A stretch of 64,000 nucleotides of DNA from Tubiluchus corallicola (lineage: Eukaryota > Animalia > Priapulida): positions 620,001 through 684,000 of the forward strand of contig JAQGDQ010000073.1 in assembly GCA_030141605.1 (NCBI GenBank). The letters are read 5' to 3'. Each line of letters starts with the position of its first letter. Position 1 is the stretch's first letter. The translations under genes and the position numbers were made by a program. Below are positions 48,961-64,000 of this stretch, piece by piece. The notes under the pieces were generated by a model. That model worked only from the letters and a program-made list of their open reading frames with translations, ran no database searches and had not been told where the DNA came from.

Positions 48961-51900
48961 ATCAATGATCAGCATCCACTGCCATAAAGCTATAAACTTT
49001 TTTTAGACTCCAGAATTTGTGTGCCTCATGAACACAAGTATGTACCAGCATATATAAACAAGACTGTCCTGTACCAGGCATGTCTGCTGACAGCCAACTG
49101 TATTCAGCCATCAGAACACATCCACCAAGTTTTAAACGCTGTGGATTTGTTTTTATTTTGGTTTCACTTGGGGCATAATTCAAGAATATATATACAGCCT
49201 AAATCCAAATAAAATTGTAAAAATGGCTCTATTATTACAGTTTTGTTGAATTTCAAAGTTGCGTTCACACGTGTTAGAAAAACTGAGAAAGTCGTGGGCT
49301 GTTTCGATTTTTGCACTGATAGTGGACCTGTGCCCAGTCTGTGTATCCCAAGGCAAAAATTCGACAAGCTTTAATGTTTTGCAGAAAAGTAAATTTTGTT
49401 GTTCACATTGACTTTTATATTCACGATAGATTTGATCCATTACATTTGAGTCACAAGAAGTTATAAAAACAACCCAGATCAAATGAGCTCGATTCCGGTT
49501 CAATATTCCAGTTTATATGCTATGGGATCTCTGTACCCTATGTACTTGTTGCCGCGTCACCAGCAAATCCGCTTTCTCGTCAAATTGCTACCACCGTCTC
49601 TACCATGAAGTTTTTTACCAAAGGCATTTGAGGGCACTGTAAAACGTTAAAATATCGCGTCCTGGAAATACTTGCGAATTTTGTGAGGAAGTTCCTGGCC
49701 CCATGCATACCATGTCTTAGGTGAATATCGTGAATTGTAATAATAAGTTTCGAATTGCTGGTACAAGAAAACGCAGTTGTCTTGCAAAAAAATTGATCCT
49801 TGAAAATATCTGGGGTTACACACGATGGTACGGTAATAATTCTCATAGTTCTGTGCAGATTCATCGTCAACAGCTGCAGAGCAAAGCAGTGTGTTGTTCG
49901 CTCGGTCTTCCAGATTCCTTCATACTAAATATAATGTTGCCATAACATGAATAACTGCAAAAGTACGTGCAACATTTGGCGGAGAAATAAAGAACGGCAG
50001 ATGTCCTAGTTTGTTTGTTTGGTTATTTTTGTAGACAGCCATTTTTGAGCTCAGAAAATCATGTGATTGGATGGCCCATGTCTGTTATAGTTTTGAAGGT
50101 ACAAGACTATTGTTAAATGTTTTTGTTAAGCGGCTCCTTAAAAGTATCTTTTTGTTTAACGTTTTCCTTCTGATGAAATTTCTTTAACCCAGTTACATAC
50201 GTTTGCAATTTCCTTTCTTGAACTTCAGAGTACTGAATGTGGCATAAAGAAAATTGGAAACAATTGGAAATCTCATGCAGAAACCATAACAGCCTTGCGT
50301 CTTAATACGGGTGCTGTCTCGTACGCCAGGAAACATTGCCACTACCACAATCACCAATACCACCACCACAGTGCCACCACTTTTTGATGCAACTAGTTAC
50401 TGATATCCTGCATCATTATCTAAAACTAATCCCTACCCTTTGAAATATTTTACATTAGTAATATGCCGTGACACGGTACCAATTTTACTGATCCCAATTT
50501 ACTTACAAAGAATCTTTAAAATTCCCAGTGAGAAAGTATCTTTCCGTGATTACGTAGACCTGAATTCTGCGACTTTTGAAGCTTACTACATTACTATACT
50601 ACGCTATGAAACCATGCCAGTTCTACTAATCCTGATTCCCTGATTCAACTAATACAGAGTGCATGCCTCTCTCTCTCTTCCACAGCTGCTTGCCAGACTT
50701 TCTCACTGCTGGCTGTATATTTTGATGGATTTCTACCAATGTTTGCCTGGCCCAAACACACATACTGGTGCTACTAGGACGTGGGGCAAGTAATAACACG
50801 AGGGGCGTTTCCAGGCACGTAATCAGGCATGCTCATTTAGAAGCCCAACACGTGCATAGGCTTGATGGATCGGTTCATCAGGCATCAATGTGTCAGCACC
50901 TTGCACATTGACATGCCCCCAGAGGAATAGCAATAACATTAACCTAACATGATAGTATTATGGAAGCGTCGAGTTGAGTTTATTACCCAAATACAAGAGA
51001 GCCGTTTTTGCTCGATTTGTTACGTCTGTTGTTTCGAATTGCCTCTTGCAAAATTAAGAGCTTTTGGGTTTGTGGTAAAATTGTAGGTGTGGCAATAAAT
51101 ACATCAGCTTAAATTAAAATGATTTATGATACACTAACCGTCTAGCAGTTTTTCCATACGCAAATTGAAGTGTGTCTAGGATGTCATTCAGAGGGTAGAT
51201 GCTTTTTGGTGGGTCGTGCCGTAACAGTTACCCATATTAAGCGGATAAAATTTGCGTTTGCTATAAGTGGTTGTAATCTGATTTTTCAAATGGAATTTTA
51301 ATAATAAAACGTTCTTTAAACATTTTCATCTAATATTATTTGGAGAATTAGCTTAAGTCAATTTTTCAGTATATGAACTTGCTATTGACTGTTCTACTAT
51401 AGTAAATGTGTCACCTGATTATGCCCGTGATTACCCGAATAAAGGCATGTAGGTTTCTTGTTAGGACTTAAAAAATTTCAAATAAATTTATTTGCGAAAA
51501 TTCTTATCGTCCTGTGACTTGTTATGCGATTATTCTTGCAACTGTTGGGGATACGTTACTAACCTACTTGTCCTTATATAACATAGTAGAAATGAAAATG
51601 ATCAGTGTGAGTCCATGTTTACTTTCAAGTTATTCATGATGTAAGCCATGCTTATGTGTTGGCCCTTGTTTGGATACATCGAATGGGTTCTTTTGTTGTT
51701 TCTTATGTTTGTTTTACATCCAGGATGATTGCTTCTTGGAACTGTTATAAAAATCTGCTTGTTTATTGTTTGGGCGTGTTTTTATACGAACAGAGTAGTG
51801 TTTAACAGCAGAGAGAAAGCATACATCCTTGCGTTCCAGACATGTCCCCAGTGTCAGAGATTTGGAAGGTTGGCATTTACGGCCTTTCGTCCAAGTAAGG

Positions 51901-52883
51901 ATTTAGCTCAGCTGGTATTCATGACCATCATTGTCATCACTTGGCTTCCATTAGTAATCAGTACATGCAAATATACCACTCTGGTGATGTCAAGACATGG
52001 TCTTACCTAACGCTATGTACAGCCCATTCCACCTAAAATAGCTGCGGGCACGTTTACAACCGCTGCTGTTGCTCGTTGCTCCGGGATCAAGGCTGGCTTT
52101 TGCAACTTAATCCTTTCTGTAGCAACCAACTGACTGGTCTGTTTTGTTTCCACATTAGTCTAATCCATTCTTAAATAAGCCAGAACATTGGAGTGTCAGT
52201 CAGCGCTGAAAAAGTCTGTAGCGAGGAGAGTTTAATGAAGAAGCCATGCTTGGCTTGATGGTGTAAAAACTTTCTGCGTTTCCGTAACAGTGGCAGCGAG
52301 TGTGGATGTTAACGTGTTTAGAAGAAAGTACTTGTTTTTTTCTGGAAATAAGAGATTCCATTGTGAATTTTGTGGGTCAAGAGGGTCTTTTTGGCTGCAT
52401 ATAGATGCGGTTTTGTTGTTGTATTGTCTTACAGCATTGTAGTGGTTGTATAAACAATAGCATTTTTCTATTTTTTATGCGAAAGGTGATCGCTGAAGTG
52501 CATTATAAATAGTTTAGAAATTTGCGGGTTACGTTTAGATAAATGCATGCAGAGTTTATGAACTGTGAAGTTAGTATGATGACGCCAGACGTTTTGTCCA
52601 CTGATTTATTCTTCTAGGTTCCGGTTCGAAAGTTCCCAAGCTATTAAACTTGTGATTTTTTGCTTTTTTGGGTTACATTTTGAAGAAATTTAACGTAGGC
52701 GACACAACGCGTCTTAATTTCTTAAAGGTTAAGTTTTTTCTGTTCATTCTTGCTTTCTATATTGAGATAGCTATATAGCATTCAGACGACATTAAAAATG
52801 TCAGTGCAAATTGATTATCAAAAAGTCTTTCTCAGATGTAACTTTGCATAAGCATGGGGATATTAAGTATGTATGTGCAATGG

Positions 52884-53003
52884 CACACACACACGCACGC
52901 ACACACACACACACACGCACGCGCGCACACACACACACGCACACACACGCACACACGCACGCGCACGCACGCACGCGCACACACACACACACACACACAC
53001 ACA
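52884..53003. repeat. (CA)n/(CG) alternating purine-pyrimidine microsatellite
   Basis: Directly visible; it generates several spurious ORFs. Confidence 0.97.
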
Positions 53004-56000
53004 TGCATGCCCATCTGTGTTCTTAACGTGATTTACATTAAAAAAAAGAATCTCGCCGCAGTCTTCCAACAGCTGTTATTTCTTGCTTCCCGAAAGGCTT
53101 CGAGTAGTGAGGATGTGGACGCTCGTGTCGTTGTTTGAGTGACAGAAATGATTTAGAAGTAACACGGAGCAACATCAGAGCTCTGATTTCTTGTCTATTG
53201 CAGTTGGTCCGGAAATTAGTGTACTAATGACGCTGTGCGTCTTTGGCTGCCAGAATGATTGTAATCAAGTAAAACCAACATTAACAGTGTACTAAATAAT
53301 TGATTTTATCGTCAGTTATGCCAGGTAGATATATAGAAAACATATTCAGAATCACGTAGCACGTGACTTACCATATTTAACTTTAAGAATTCTAGTAGCA
53401 AGCTATACATCCTTAGATTATTCTTTGCCTGTCAGAATGATCATAATAAAACATAAAACAGTTATTACAGTGTATTAAATTTTTGCTGTTATCATCACTT
53501 ATGTCATATAGATGATTAGGAAACATCATAGTGCTACGACTACACCTTATGGTTCTAGTAGTGAGGATATGCAACTCTAAATCAGTCCTTTCCTGCCAGA
53601 AATCATCCCAATCGAGCAATATTGGAAAAATAAAGAACGAAATGAATGCTTTTATTAACAGTTTGTAGGTACTATTTTTGAAAACTCAACTTTCCTTTTC
53701 CTGTGGCATGTTATAGCTCTCATGTTTTTGGGTTGCTGTAACTTTGCGGTCACTTTCCCTTTAAGATGTTTTGAAATGGATCTCATTTCCTTATTCCTGG
53801 TATATGGTCATTAGTCCATGGCTAAACTTGTTTTAACGTATGATGTCAGGAATAAGGATTACCGCGTAGAGTTGTGTGAGTAAATATTACAGTTTACCCA
53901 ACATTTCTGTCTGACGCCAGACTGGATAAAATCCAATTGATAAGACTTGCCACAGTGACACCTTTTACCTGATTTCGTCTTTGAATCATTGGAACTTTTG
54001 TATAACCCGCTATTGGATGTTTCGCTGTGAACTGAACGCAGGTCTGTGAGTTTGGCTAGGATTCGGGGTGAAGCCGTATTATTTTCATACGGAGAGGATT
54101 TTTTACGGGACTGAACGTCCCTAACCTTTAGTGTTACAAAGGCGGTTTCTGGAGTTCGAACTCTCGTGTAAGTGGTAGAGCTATCTGATGTTGGGGAGAC
54201 TTATGGAGAAACACTTTTACCAGTTTAGACGCACCGACCAGATCCTCCTTTTAAGAACAATAGTCATAGTGGTCACAGAAAAGAATAGATATTTAACCAT
54301 ACGATTTAACCCTATCCAATATGCGGGGCGAATCTACGTACGTTACAGTGAAACTGTGTAATTCAGACCATTAAACTATGTTTAAATAAATAACCTTATC
54401 TTACATTGTTGATTAAATTCGTCGCAATAGTAACTTCACGGCGCTGAAACCTAATAATGCAATTTAGCCCAAGCCATCACCTTCGCAAATTTTGCAAATC
54501 CATTTTACTGTCGAATAAAACTCCATTCATAGACATAAACGCCGCCTATAAAGCGTCACTAGGCGATAGAGATGTTGTTATTATTAATGGCTGCAAAGCG
54601 CTAAGTTATTATTGTCTAGTATGTTACTCTCCCGACTTTAAATTTTTTGCGAGCCATGAAAATAATCGCGAATCTGGCGAGATAATTTCATGCGCAAAAA
54701 AGCATGCGAAATGTGCAAAAATGCGAAAAGTTTTCTGAAATAATCATCATAATTTATAATTGTTTCAGCTGTACACTTGTAAACGTGTAATGTATTGCCG
54801 GGGTATTGTTTTAGTCCAGGGCGACGATGGCACAGATAGTAACATATGTTACCCTTTACATGAATAAATTATACAGCTTCATAGCCATGACACATGGTTA
54901 TAGATTTCTTGCTGCGACAGGTAGATAGACTAGCGCACCAGGTTTGGCTTTGCACATCAAAATATATTATAATTATGAGGTTTTAAGTTGAAGTAACGTC
55001 TGACATGAATAAATGAATAAATTCATGAGTTCTACGTAAACATCTGCGTTGCAGCCAGGTGAATAATGGTAAAAATGATATAACGACAAGACTTTAGTTG
55101 GTCATTTATAAATATTGCTATAGTTAACTCTACATTTATGTGGAGAACCAAGATAAAGCACAGTAAATGTAGGAAAAACTCATATGATGATGATAAATCT
55201 TTTATTGAAAAGAAATACATATTTACAGCGGTGCCTCTATTTGCAGGCGTGCAGTTTAACTTGATTAATAACTGTTAGCTCAATTAAATAACGTGATAAT
55301 TTTTTAACAACATTCTATCCGGCTTTATCAGTTGGTTAGCAAAAAAACACATTGTCTAGCATTCACTTCTCCTTTGCGACTACTTTATTTAATTTTAAAC
55401 ATGTTCATAATATAAGGTAATATAACATTTAACCCGTATTACAATGCTAAAAAATTATTTATCCACTTATGTTTTGGCACATGAACTTTCCAATTTTATA
55501 AAAATATGTAAACACAATTTTATAAATTTTTTGTATACATATATTACTCAGTTCTCATATTTTATATGTAGCAATTATATAAATAAAAACCTTAGCAAAA
55601 TTATAGTGCCTATATACATTAGGTTATTTAACTACAAGTATGTATAGTAAATCGGTCTCGTATTACAGCAGTAAAAGCTTTAATCATGCTTCTGTCATTT
55701 TTACTATTATATTTATCAAACTTCTTCCTCCTAGTTAATCCATTAAGAACTCCTAAATGATTGCTATGTTAATTAATTACTTTACCAAGAAAAAATAATC
55801 TTGAATCCTGCATCTTAAAAAAGTTTTTCCGTTTCAAGTGATATCAACTCCACAAGAGTACACAATTTCTTTATCTGCACAGGTTATTTTCCTTTGAACA
55901 CAGATCTATAAAGTTGTATTGATCTATGCTTGGGTATATACATGAGCATATTCATGTCTGTAATAATGTCTGCGTACCTCAGCTTGTAAATGATTTACTA

Positions 56001-56058
56001 AAATGTTATTGAATTAAATTATGCTGCCCCATGTTCTCCTAGCTGCTTTGTTTCTGCA

Positions 56059-56062
<4 letters not shown>

Positions 56063-56091
<29 letters not shown>
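56063..56091. repeat. (CT)n microsatellite
   Basis: Directly visible. Confidence 0.95.
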
Positions 56092-56094
<3 letters not shown>

Positions 56095-58862
56095 CTCTCC
56101 TTTTTATATCATATATTCTCCCTTCTGCCTTCTCTTTTTTTTATTTGTATTTTTCTATATCGTCCAAATCACAGACTCCAGTTAGCGGCTTGTTTTTGAA
56201 CAGCTTTTCTAAATGATTGTATGGGCTTCCCCTTGTCCTCCACACTGTGTGTACTGCGTCTTTTATGCCACTCATCGAACCCTAATTATGATACGTGAAT
56301 CCTAGAGTAGCATTGGTCGGCTCTCTGCTGCATGTCATTCTGTTTGCTTTGGCTTGTTGTGCTTTGTTCTGATCAATGATGGATCATTCGTAGTAAAATA
56401 TAGAAGGAAGAAAATTTGAGTTGAACATTTTTCCTATCAGACATGGGACTGTCTGACAGGAAGCCTGGTGATGTACTGTATGGCACTGTAATATTTTTAT
56501 TTTTGTCATGGCATACTCACACGGATATGGTTTACAAACGGTGTAGTTAAACTAGTTTAAATAACTTAGAATGTACGTCAAATGACCTGAGTGACTTTTT
56601 CTTTCAAGCACAATATAAAAAAGATTGGCTTTCTCGTTATCTGAGAATGCAAACCTAAATTTTGTTTGCGGAATTTTAAAGGACCGATTATTGCTATCAG
56701 TTCTAGCATTAATGTATTTTGTTACACGTGCATACCATGACTATATTTTACTATCAGTTTCCTGTACCGATTAAAGCCATACTACACTACTAACATATAG
56801 CTTACTCTTAAAGTGTGTGATAGTAATCTGGTCCAAAGAGTTATGAACTTATCGGATCAACCAAAGTAAACATTGGTAGCAAAATGCGGAAATGCTAGCT
56901 GCTACGCATGTACGTATCAATATAATATAGACTTTTCCCCTGTTGTTTTGTTAAACCAAAAACTTGTATAAAGCTGATTTCGTTTTTGTAAATATTTGTG
57001 GATTAAATTGTCTTTAACCGTGAAGAAGGGTCATCTTTACAATAATTTGCAAAACATAACGTGATACGCCTCACAAAAACTGGACAGTAGCTTCTTCGCA
57101 CCAGGCTCCAGAAAAAGCCAATGATTTACATCAGAGTATCTGTGGCGGATAAGCAAAAGGAATGCAGCGCACAAAGAGGATGCAGGGCATTGGTAACCCA
57201 AGGAAGTTCCATTCTGTTAACTTTCAACTAGTCTTTACAGTTACAATATGCATCCGTTGCATTATTGTCACCCCGCCAAGCAAAGGGTTTCTTTCTTATC
57301 TAGCTGCTGCTTTTCTGACCTGAATAAAAGTCGCTTGGAGGAGCCCCTAGATTTTTAGCTCTGTATGCCTTACTGTAACAAAGTGAGGCGGGTAGCCTAA
57401 ATGCCAAGATTTTTACTTCAGCGATTAAAGCAAAGCAGATAAAACACCATGAATAATCAAGAAAAGCTGAATCATGCCTTGTTTCAAAAACTGTTGACAC
57501 AACACTTACTTAATTGGCTACCCGAGTGTTCACTTGACTGACGAGAATTGAATCTGGTTTCCAAAACGGTCCAACCGAATGACGATTTAGCTTATAGTGT
57601 TTAGTTCCCATCTGGGCTTCCTACCTTCCCCTACACTTCCACTTTATGGCTTGGCTTGTAATAGTGCACAGTGCCCACTCTAGGAACAACCAGCTCCAGC
57701 AAGTTTAGATTCCCCTGCTCCGTTATACCAAGCAATTTGGCTTCCAGTTGTGGCTTGGCCTCTAAATACTGCCTCTTTCTAGCAATGATTTGGCTTCAAG
57801 GTTAAACTAACTATTATTCTAATCGTACGCAACATCCGTCAACTATACTCTCTATGGTTATTCACGATATTACAGGTGCAGCTATTCTGCCAGCTCGGAT
57901 CAATGCTTGCAATATGTTCAGCAGCGCTAATTGATTAGCATTAAGACGTTATCAGGACCGATAAAGAGGCTAAGTGCGCAATCATTACGCCGCACAATCC
58001 CCACAGTTGAAGTAGAGACTGCTGTTAGACGCTTAAGCAATGAGAAAAGAGGATAACCGGGAGTCTCTTCTTCTCGGGATTAGAAGATGCTAAGTTCCGA
58101 AAATTAGCACCGCTAGTAATTGCTTGTCTTTGCTTATTAGCCTAATATTGGAAAAGCTGAAATGACGACTACTTTTGATGCGGTGTTGATGACTTTTAAA
58201 GAACAAATTCCAAAATTAATGTGTTTCACATTGATGCACAGGTACAACGGCTAATGGGGTATTTACGTTCATGGAATCCAGCCTGACATGCTGCACAAAG
58301 AATTTCAGAAAACTCAGCGCTAAGTTTTCCAAAGTTTATATGTTATCAGCTGAACGTAATAATATTGACTTCAGCACATATGCACTTATAAACAGCTAAG
58401 CAACAATACACAATGTACTGACAAAAAGTGGCGCTTTTGTCAAATTAACCAAACCATGCGACAAATGTCAATTTTAACAGATACAATTATAGCAAGCAAA
58501 GTATTTGGTAACATATATCACTGTCAATTCCTCTACCTTTGTTTGACCACTGACAGTATTGGTTATTAAAATAACATTAGGAGAAGATTGGCGGAGGAAA
58601 ATTAAGGGCCACCTCTCTAATGCTAACGCTAGTGTTGGCCTTGTGCACACCAGACTTGCTACAGCATAGCCATTATAAGCTAGTTTGTATGATAATTGGA
58701 TGCTTTTAGGTAGAATTTTCTAGCTAGAGGATTATTTCATATTGCTAGGGACGGCATGTTTACCATTGACGCGATAGTGGGTTGTCAAGACAGAGAAATA
58801 TTTTGCTCCTGAACATCTACTGTCATAAATTCTATCACACTATAACAATATTTTATAGCGTG

Positions 58863-58888
58863 ATATATATATATATATATATATATAT
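58863..58888. repeat. (AT)n microsatellite
   Basis: Directly visible. Confidence 0.95.
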
Positions 58889-61800
58889 GTGTAATATTTT
58901 ATAATGTTTTATATTTTATACGTTACAGCGGACAGCGACACCTTGATTTAAACTTTTAATTAATATGCCTAACTAGAGTATAGTTTTGCTCGGTTTAAAT
59001 ATAAAAACGCTGACCCTCAAATATTCTATTCTACGTCTTGACGAAGTTAAGAGCGCCATCCAAAAGTAAACACAGACAAAATGTTCGCAAACGCGTGTTT
59101 TTCATATCGGTTTTGTTTTATTGATTTTTTTTATTGTAATTATTCTCACAATTAACCCAGAGACAAGGTTGTATAACACAAATATTACAGTATCATTATA
59201 ATTACTGGTATGCGCGCGCATCAAAGTACATAACAAGGCGTGAATTGTTTATTATGGGTTGCATGTTTTAAGCACAGTTATACGCTAAAAATCCTGTATA
59301 TTTCTGCCAAACATTTAAGTACCTCAGCTCGGCTGTTTGTGTTATTATAACACCACAAATAATTTTACTAATCAGTTCTTTGTCATTTGGTAAAGAACAG
59401 CATCTAATCTCATGTGCTGTTCAAAGTTGAGGCACTTTTTGCATTTTATCATAGCATAGCGTCGGCTTTTCATTCACCTATGGGGGACGGGCATTATCAT
59501 CATCATCATCATCATCTTTGGTTTCGCACATATCCTATCAACATAAATTTCCTTGTGCATATTGCGCACCCGTCCAGCATACTGACAGTGAGTGATCACT
59601 TTGTCTTGCCTATTAAATCAATTTCTCCATTGCTTCTCTTCAATTCACCCTGCTGTAGCTAATTTTTTCCAGTTTATGCATGAATGTCGCAGCGAATTGG
59701 CAAGATTGTCTTTGAAACTGATGCAGATAAGAGTGAATGGGGAACTTCAGGCTTCAGCATTAGACGATTGCATAGAGCTGATTGGGGTAATAGAGGGGCA
59801 AAACAAGAACAGTAAGTCTATTACAATGCCAGATTAGCTTTTTGTGACGCAACTGATAGTGAGTCCCTAATGGTAAATATTACACACATTTTTGCTTAAA
59901 GGTGTCACACAGCATGCAACAATAGTCGATGGTTGTAACAAACCAGTCCTATGACTTGCGTTAAGAGTGGGCAGTCTAATATTATTATATTAAATTCGTC
60001 TTTGCGCTACTAAGTTGAAAGGTAATCAGAACAAAAACGTTTTCGTCTGTAATACGTTGGTCTATTGGGTGTTCCGGAAAATAATAGCATCATAAATCAA
60101 ATTGTCAAAGAAAGCACCGATTACGTGGCAGAACACCATGCTCAGTGGAGTACAATGGCCATTGCATGCGGAATGGGAGAGTTAAAGGACGGTAACAAGC
60201 TCTCTTTCTTTAGCGGCGAACCACTCTTCCGAACAATTAGGATTTTCTAGATGTCAGACTGCTCGAAGAAGGAGATCATTTATCAAATATCGGGAGCGCT
60301 GGGAACGGCATGGGAAAAATACGTCGAATTTGAAATTCATGCCCAAAATATGACAAAAGGTACCTCACAGAGCTCACTTGGTCTGGAAACTTAGACGGGA
60401 AGCCCTAGTTCTTAAGCTTCAGGTCTGTGGCATATCTGTAATAACCACCCAACACCCTTCGTAAGTTCAATGTCATACATTTATGCTACATACTTGCACA
60501 ACTATATAGTGACTTCATTGCTTTGCATTATGCTTATACTGAATGACAAACCACAAAGCGTCTTACCCAATTCTTGAATAAAAGAAGCCATGCAGAAGGC
60601 TGCACTTTGTTCTTCTGGCTTCTGTGCTTCTTGGGCTCGTTAAGCTGACTGACCAGTGTGGGCGGTTTGTTTACTTGTTTGAAAGCAATACAAACATTAA
60701 TTGCTCATATCTTCACTTGGATTGCACAGGTTCCTTGTTCCATGTTGTTGTTATTCTTGCAGTAGTGGCCCATGTTTCCTGGCGAGAGGTCACACGGCAG
60801 ACATCTTGTGGCCATGTGAGTAGCCATAGGTCACTCTATCATAAGTAAAACACGTCTGTAAGTGGTCCAATGACCGCTGGCTCTGCATTTGGAGAACTTT
60901 TGCGGTATTTTATGATCAGTGTGCATACGGTATTTAACTAACTTTGGATTGTCGTGTGGTAGACATTTGTACTTGTTAACTTTTAACCATTGTTCTGTTT
61001 GGTCTCTGAATGCTGGATCGTTATGTCCACTCAGTATGTTTTGTCAAAATTATGTGCAATTTATTATGTATATTTTGTGCAAAATACTTTTTGCATTGTT
61101 TATTCTCATTAGTCTTTTACTCCTGCATGGTCAAGCAGACCAAAAGACAAATAAACGTCCATTATAGTTCAGTTGATTTCATATGAACTGAAGAGGCAAA
61201 AAATTAAGCTATGCATCCACTGTGTGGTGCTTTTTAAAACTTCTTGTTTTCAGCCATGTGACATTTCCTCATAAAAACTGCCATCCATTCAATGGCTGAC
61301 ATTTGCCATCATGAACACAATTTTCTCACCTGTTGACTTGATTTACTGCTAAACCAATCACTGCGCTTGTATTGTTTGCTAATTTTCGTCAGTTTTTGCT
61401 AATGTCTGCGGGTAAATTTGTATTGTATCAATTCGTTTCAAGTTTTTGCCCGCTGGCGTTTTGGCTGAAGACCTTTCAGTTGCAACCTGTGCAAGTAATC
61501 ACAGCCGAGGACTGTGAAGCCGACAGGTATATGCTTAATACATCTCTGATATGAAGCTATTTAAAATAACAGACAGTCAACTGAGAACAGTTATTGTGTG
61601 GTTGATTTCTGGTGTATTTAGGTGCTGTACAGAAGAATTCACAAAAAAAAAACAAGAAACCAGACGCTATTGGAATCAAAATTTGATGGAAGTGTCGTTT
61701 ATGCTAATGGGCACATGGACTTAGTTAATCAATTATAGCCCCTGCCATTACTATCAGCGGGCCATCCTCGACTTTTATTACCCTTCATCGCAGTCAAAAT

Positions 61801-64000
61801 AATAGTTAGAGAGCTAAAAACATTACTTATGTGCTGTTTGAGGACTGTATAAAAATATATGACAGTACAGTGACAAGCGGCACATTAATGTAAGATAAGA
61901 TAGTGCAAATTGTATTTAGAGTGCAGTGGTGTGGCTTAGCACGCATCAGAGTATATCATAGTATATTGCGCAATATTTACACCATACAGATACCTTGGAT
62001 ATATTTTGTAGCTGAACTGTTTATTGGAGAAAATGTACTGAGCAGAAAAAGTGAAAGCCGGTTGTAACGGCAAGCTACCGCTCTGAATGTTTTTGAGCGC
62101 AGAAAGAGAAATTTTCGGAAATTTACAACAAGGACACTTGACAGCAACTTGCATTTGCAGATCTTCTGTCACTTTGTAACACGTTGAACTAGCAGGGCTT
62201 CTTCACAGATGTTACCGTTTTTATATTGCTTGGCTCATTGCAAGCCAGAATTAAGCACTGAAAGGAAATAGCTGTTATTAATTTTAAACGTTTTTGCCGG
62301 GACCGGACTCTTAACTAATTATCAAGAATAATCCTTATTATTGTCATCAGTCGGTTGAATTTGCCATTGATGTAGCTGTAGTATGGCAGTTGGGCAAAAC
62401 CGCAGGTGAACGCTCGTGAAATGCCCACTACCGCCTTTAAAAGTCCAACAATTCATCAGCATTGTAAAGATACTTAGAAATAAATTACCAATATATACAT
62501 CGGTACAATTCATGTGAATACGGACGAGTGTAAACAAGGCTTATTTAGACAGTACAGTTTCTGCGCATTATATTTACAAACAGATCCTTTCTTGCATCTC
62601 CTAGGGTATAACTCAGGGCATGTCCATTTTCTGTCTGGTTCTTATGAGGGCATTATCTTTATTATCAACGCATCTACATATATATTTCCTCTATTCTCAA
62701 TGCGTGAGTTGGTTACCTCAGTTTTTCAAGTTGATTTTTGTATGGTCTTCTTAGTATGTTTATGTAACTAACTTAATTGTCTGTCTTGAGCGTTGATCTC
62801 TTGGTTCCTTATTAAACATACTCTGCTTGTCGTAAGTCCCCCACCCCATTAGGTTCGGGTCTTTTTCTCTCTGCCCATTCAGGTACGCATTTATACAGTT
62901 CATATACCCGATGCGACTCTCAATATCAATGTTATTTCTGAAAGTCAAAACACACAGACCGTGTTTACCGTGGCCCGCCATGCATAAGGCCAACTCTCGC
63001 CCGTTTACAAGTTTTGGGTGAAAATTGAAGAGTGGGTAAATAGCACCATGTTTTGTTAAGCCGCTACAGTGAATTGGACAAGGTAATTGCGCCCCGTTTG
63101 TAGTTGGGATGGAATTGTTAGTCAAAAGATTAGGGCGAAATTGTGTCTGATGTGAGAGAGTTTTTTGGCAGAACTTGGAAAAGGACGGCGAAACAGTGGC
63201 AGCCTGTTTAAAGTGTTAGTCAGCAGCATGGGCCAAAATGACATCTGATGTGGAGAGAATTTCGGTTATTTTTTGGAAGGATGAAGATCGTTTGTTTGGT
63301 TCATTGCATCGTTACTTGATAATAGGTAACATTTCGTCGGAACTGTAGCCAAAAGCATGGCATTCTTACATATTTTAAAAGGTCTTCCTTTGTTCCTATC
63401 GTAGCTTTGTGATCTATAAGTTCAATCTGTCAAATTACAACGAAACTGTTTCAGCACGGCCCCATTATTTTCCTATTCCTAACACATCCCAGAGTGAAAC
63501 CTGACGCGTACATTATAATTTTTAGTCCACTCAAAATTTCCCTGTAATCTTACCAGTTCCAGCTCAGCTCAGCTCAAGATGAACAATACCAGGGGTAATA
63601 ATACGTAATACGTTATCTGACTTGCTGACATGCGTGTTATGCATGTAGGTCATTTAAAATAATGTAATTCCTGGTAGAGAGAATTGGTGTTATAATGTAC
63701 ATACCATATTTCGCGTATTGCTAAACTGCAATCATAATGATAAGTTGATCAAATTCAAAGGTAGGCAGCGTGATAGCATAATGTAAGTTTCTAAATTTTC
63801 AGCGTAAATGGCTTGTAAATTTCTTCTGTCTTTTAAAATGTACTGAAAACTTTAAGTGACTAATTACAGTGCAGAATAAGCATAGACGTGTGTAGTGGCT
63901 TGTTACTTCTCCTGTTCTTAGACCGTATCAGCATGTCTGTAATTCACGTTGCCTTTTTGCAAAGAGAGCGTTCTTTAAAATGTAGATGGTTCACATCTAA

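Noticed and set aside
52801-53138. CV- and HT-repeat ORFs
   Set aside because: They are translations of the CA/CG microsatellite.
60065-60420. Possible Penelope-like RT remnant (KDGNKLSF, FLDV-like pieces)
   Set aside because: The motifs are too short and fragmented to call.
62760-63125. 121-aa minus-strand ORF
   Set aside because: Non-ATG start and no recognisable motif; cannot be supported without a homology search.

Overview
AT-rich, intron-containing invertebrate animal (probably protostome) genomic DNA, not prokaryotic. Most short ORFs in the track are noise, and the real genes had to be rebuilt from splice sites. In order along the window: two tandem 3-exon minus-strand genes for secreted PI-PLC X-domain (PLCXD-like) proteins with signal peptides, hydrophobic C-terminal tails and altered active sites; a 2-exon gene for a secreted Gly/Tyr-rich protein with a basic tail; a tRNA-Gly(GCC); a 5-exon BolA1-like gene whose last intron holds a decayed Academ-like DNA transposon with long inverted arms; an intact single-exon Tigger/pogo-derived ORF (DD32E, only a decayed right TIR) just after the BolA1 stop; and the first three coding exons of TCF/LEF (pangolin), followed by an intron of more than 19 kb that runs off the window. 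The most interesting observation is an upstream ATG plus an alternative GTAAGT donor in TCF exon 1 that would splice out exactly the beta-catenin-binding domain in frame. Also notable are the TCF sites clustered in TCF's own promoter, the possible BolA1/Tigger interleaving or fusion, and the putative GPI-anchored PLCXD pseudoenzymes. Gene models and isoforms are read by eye and lack transcript support.
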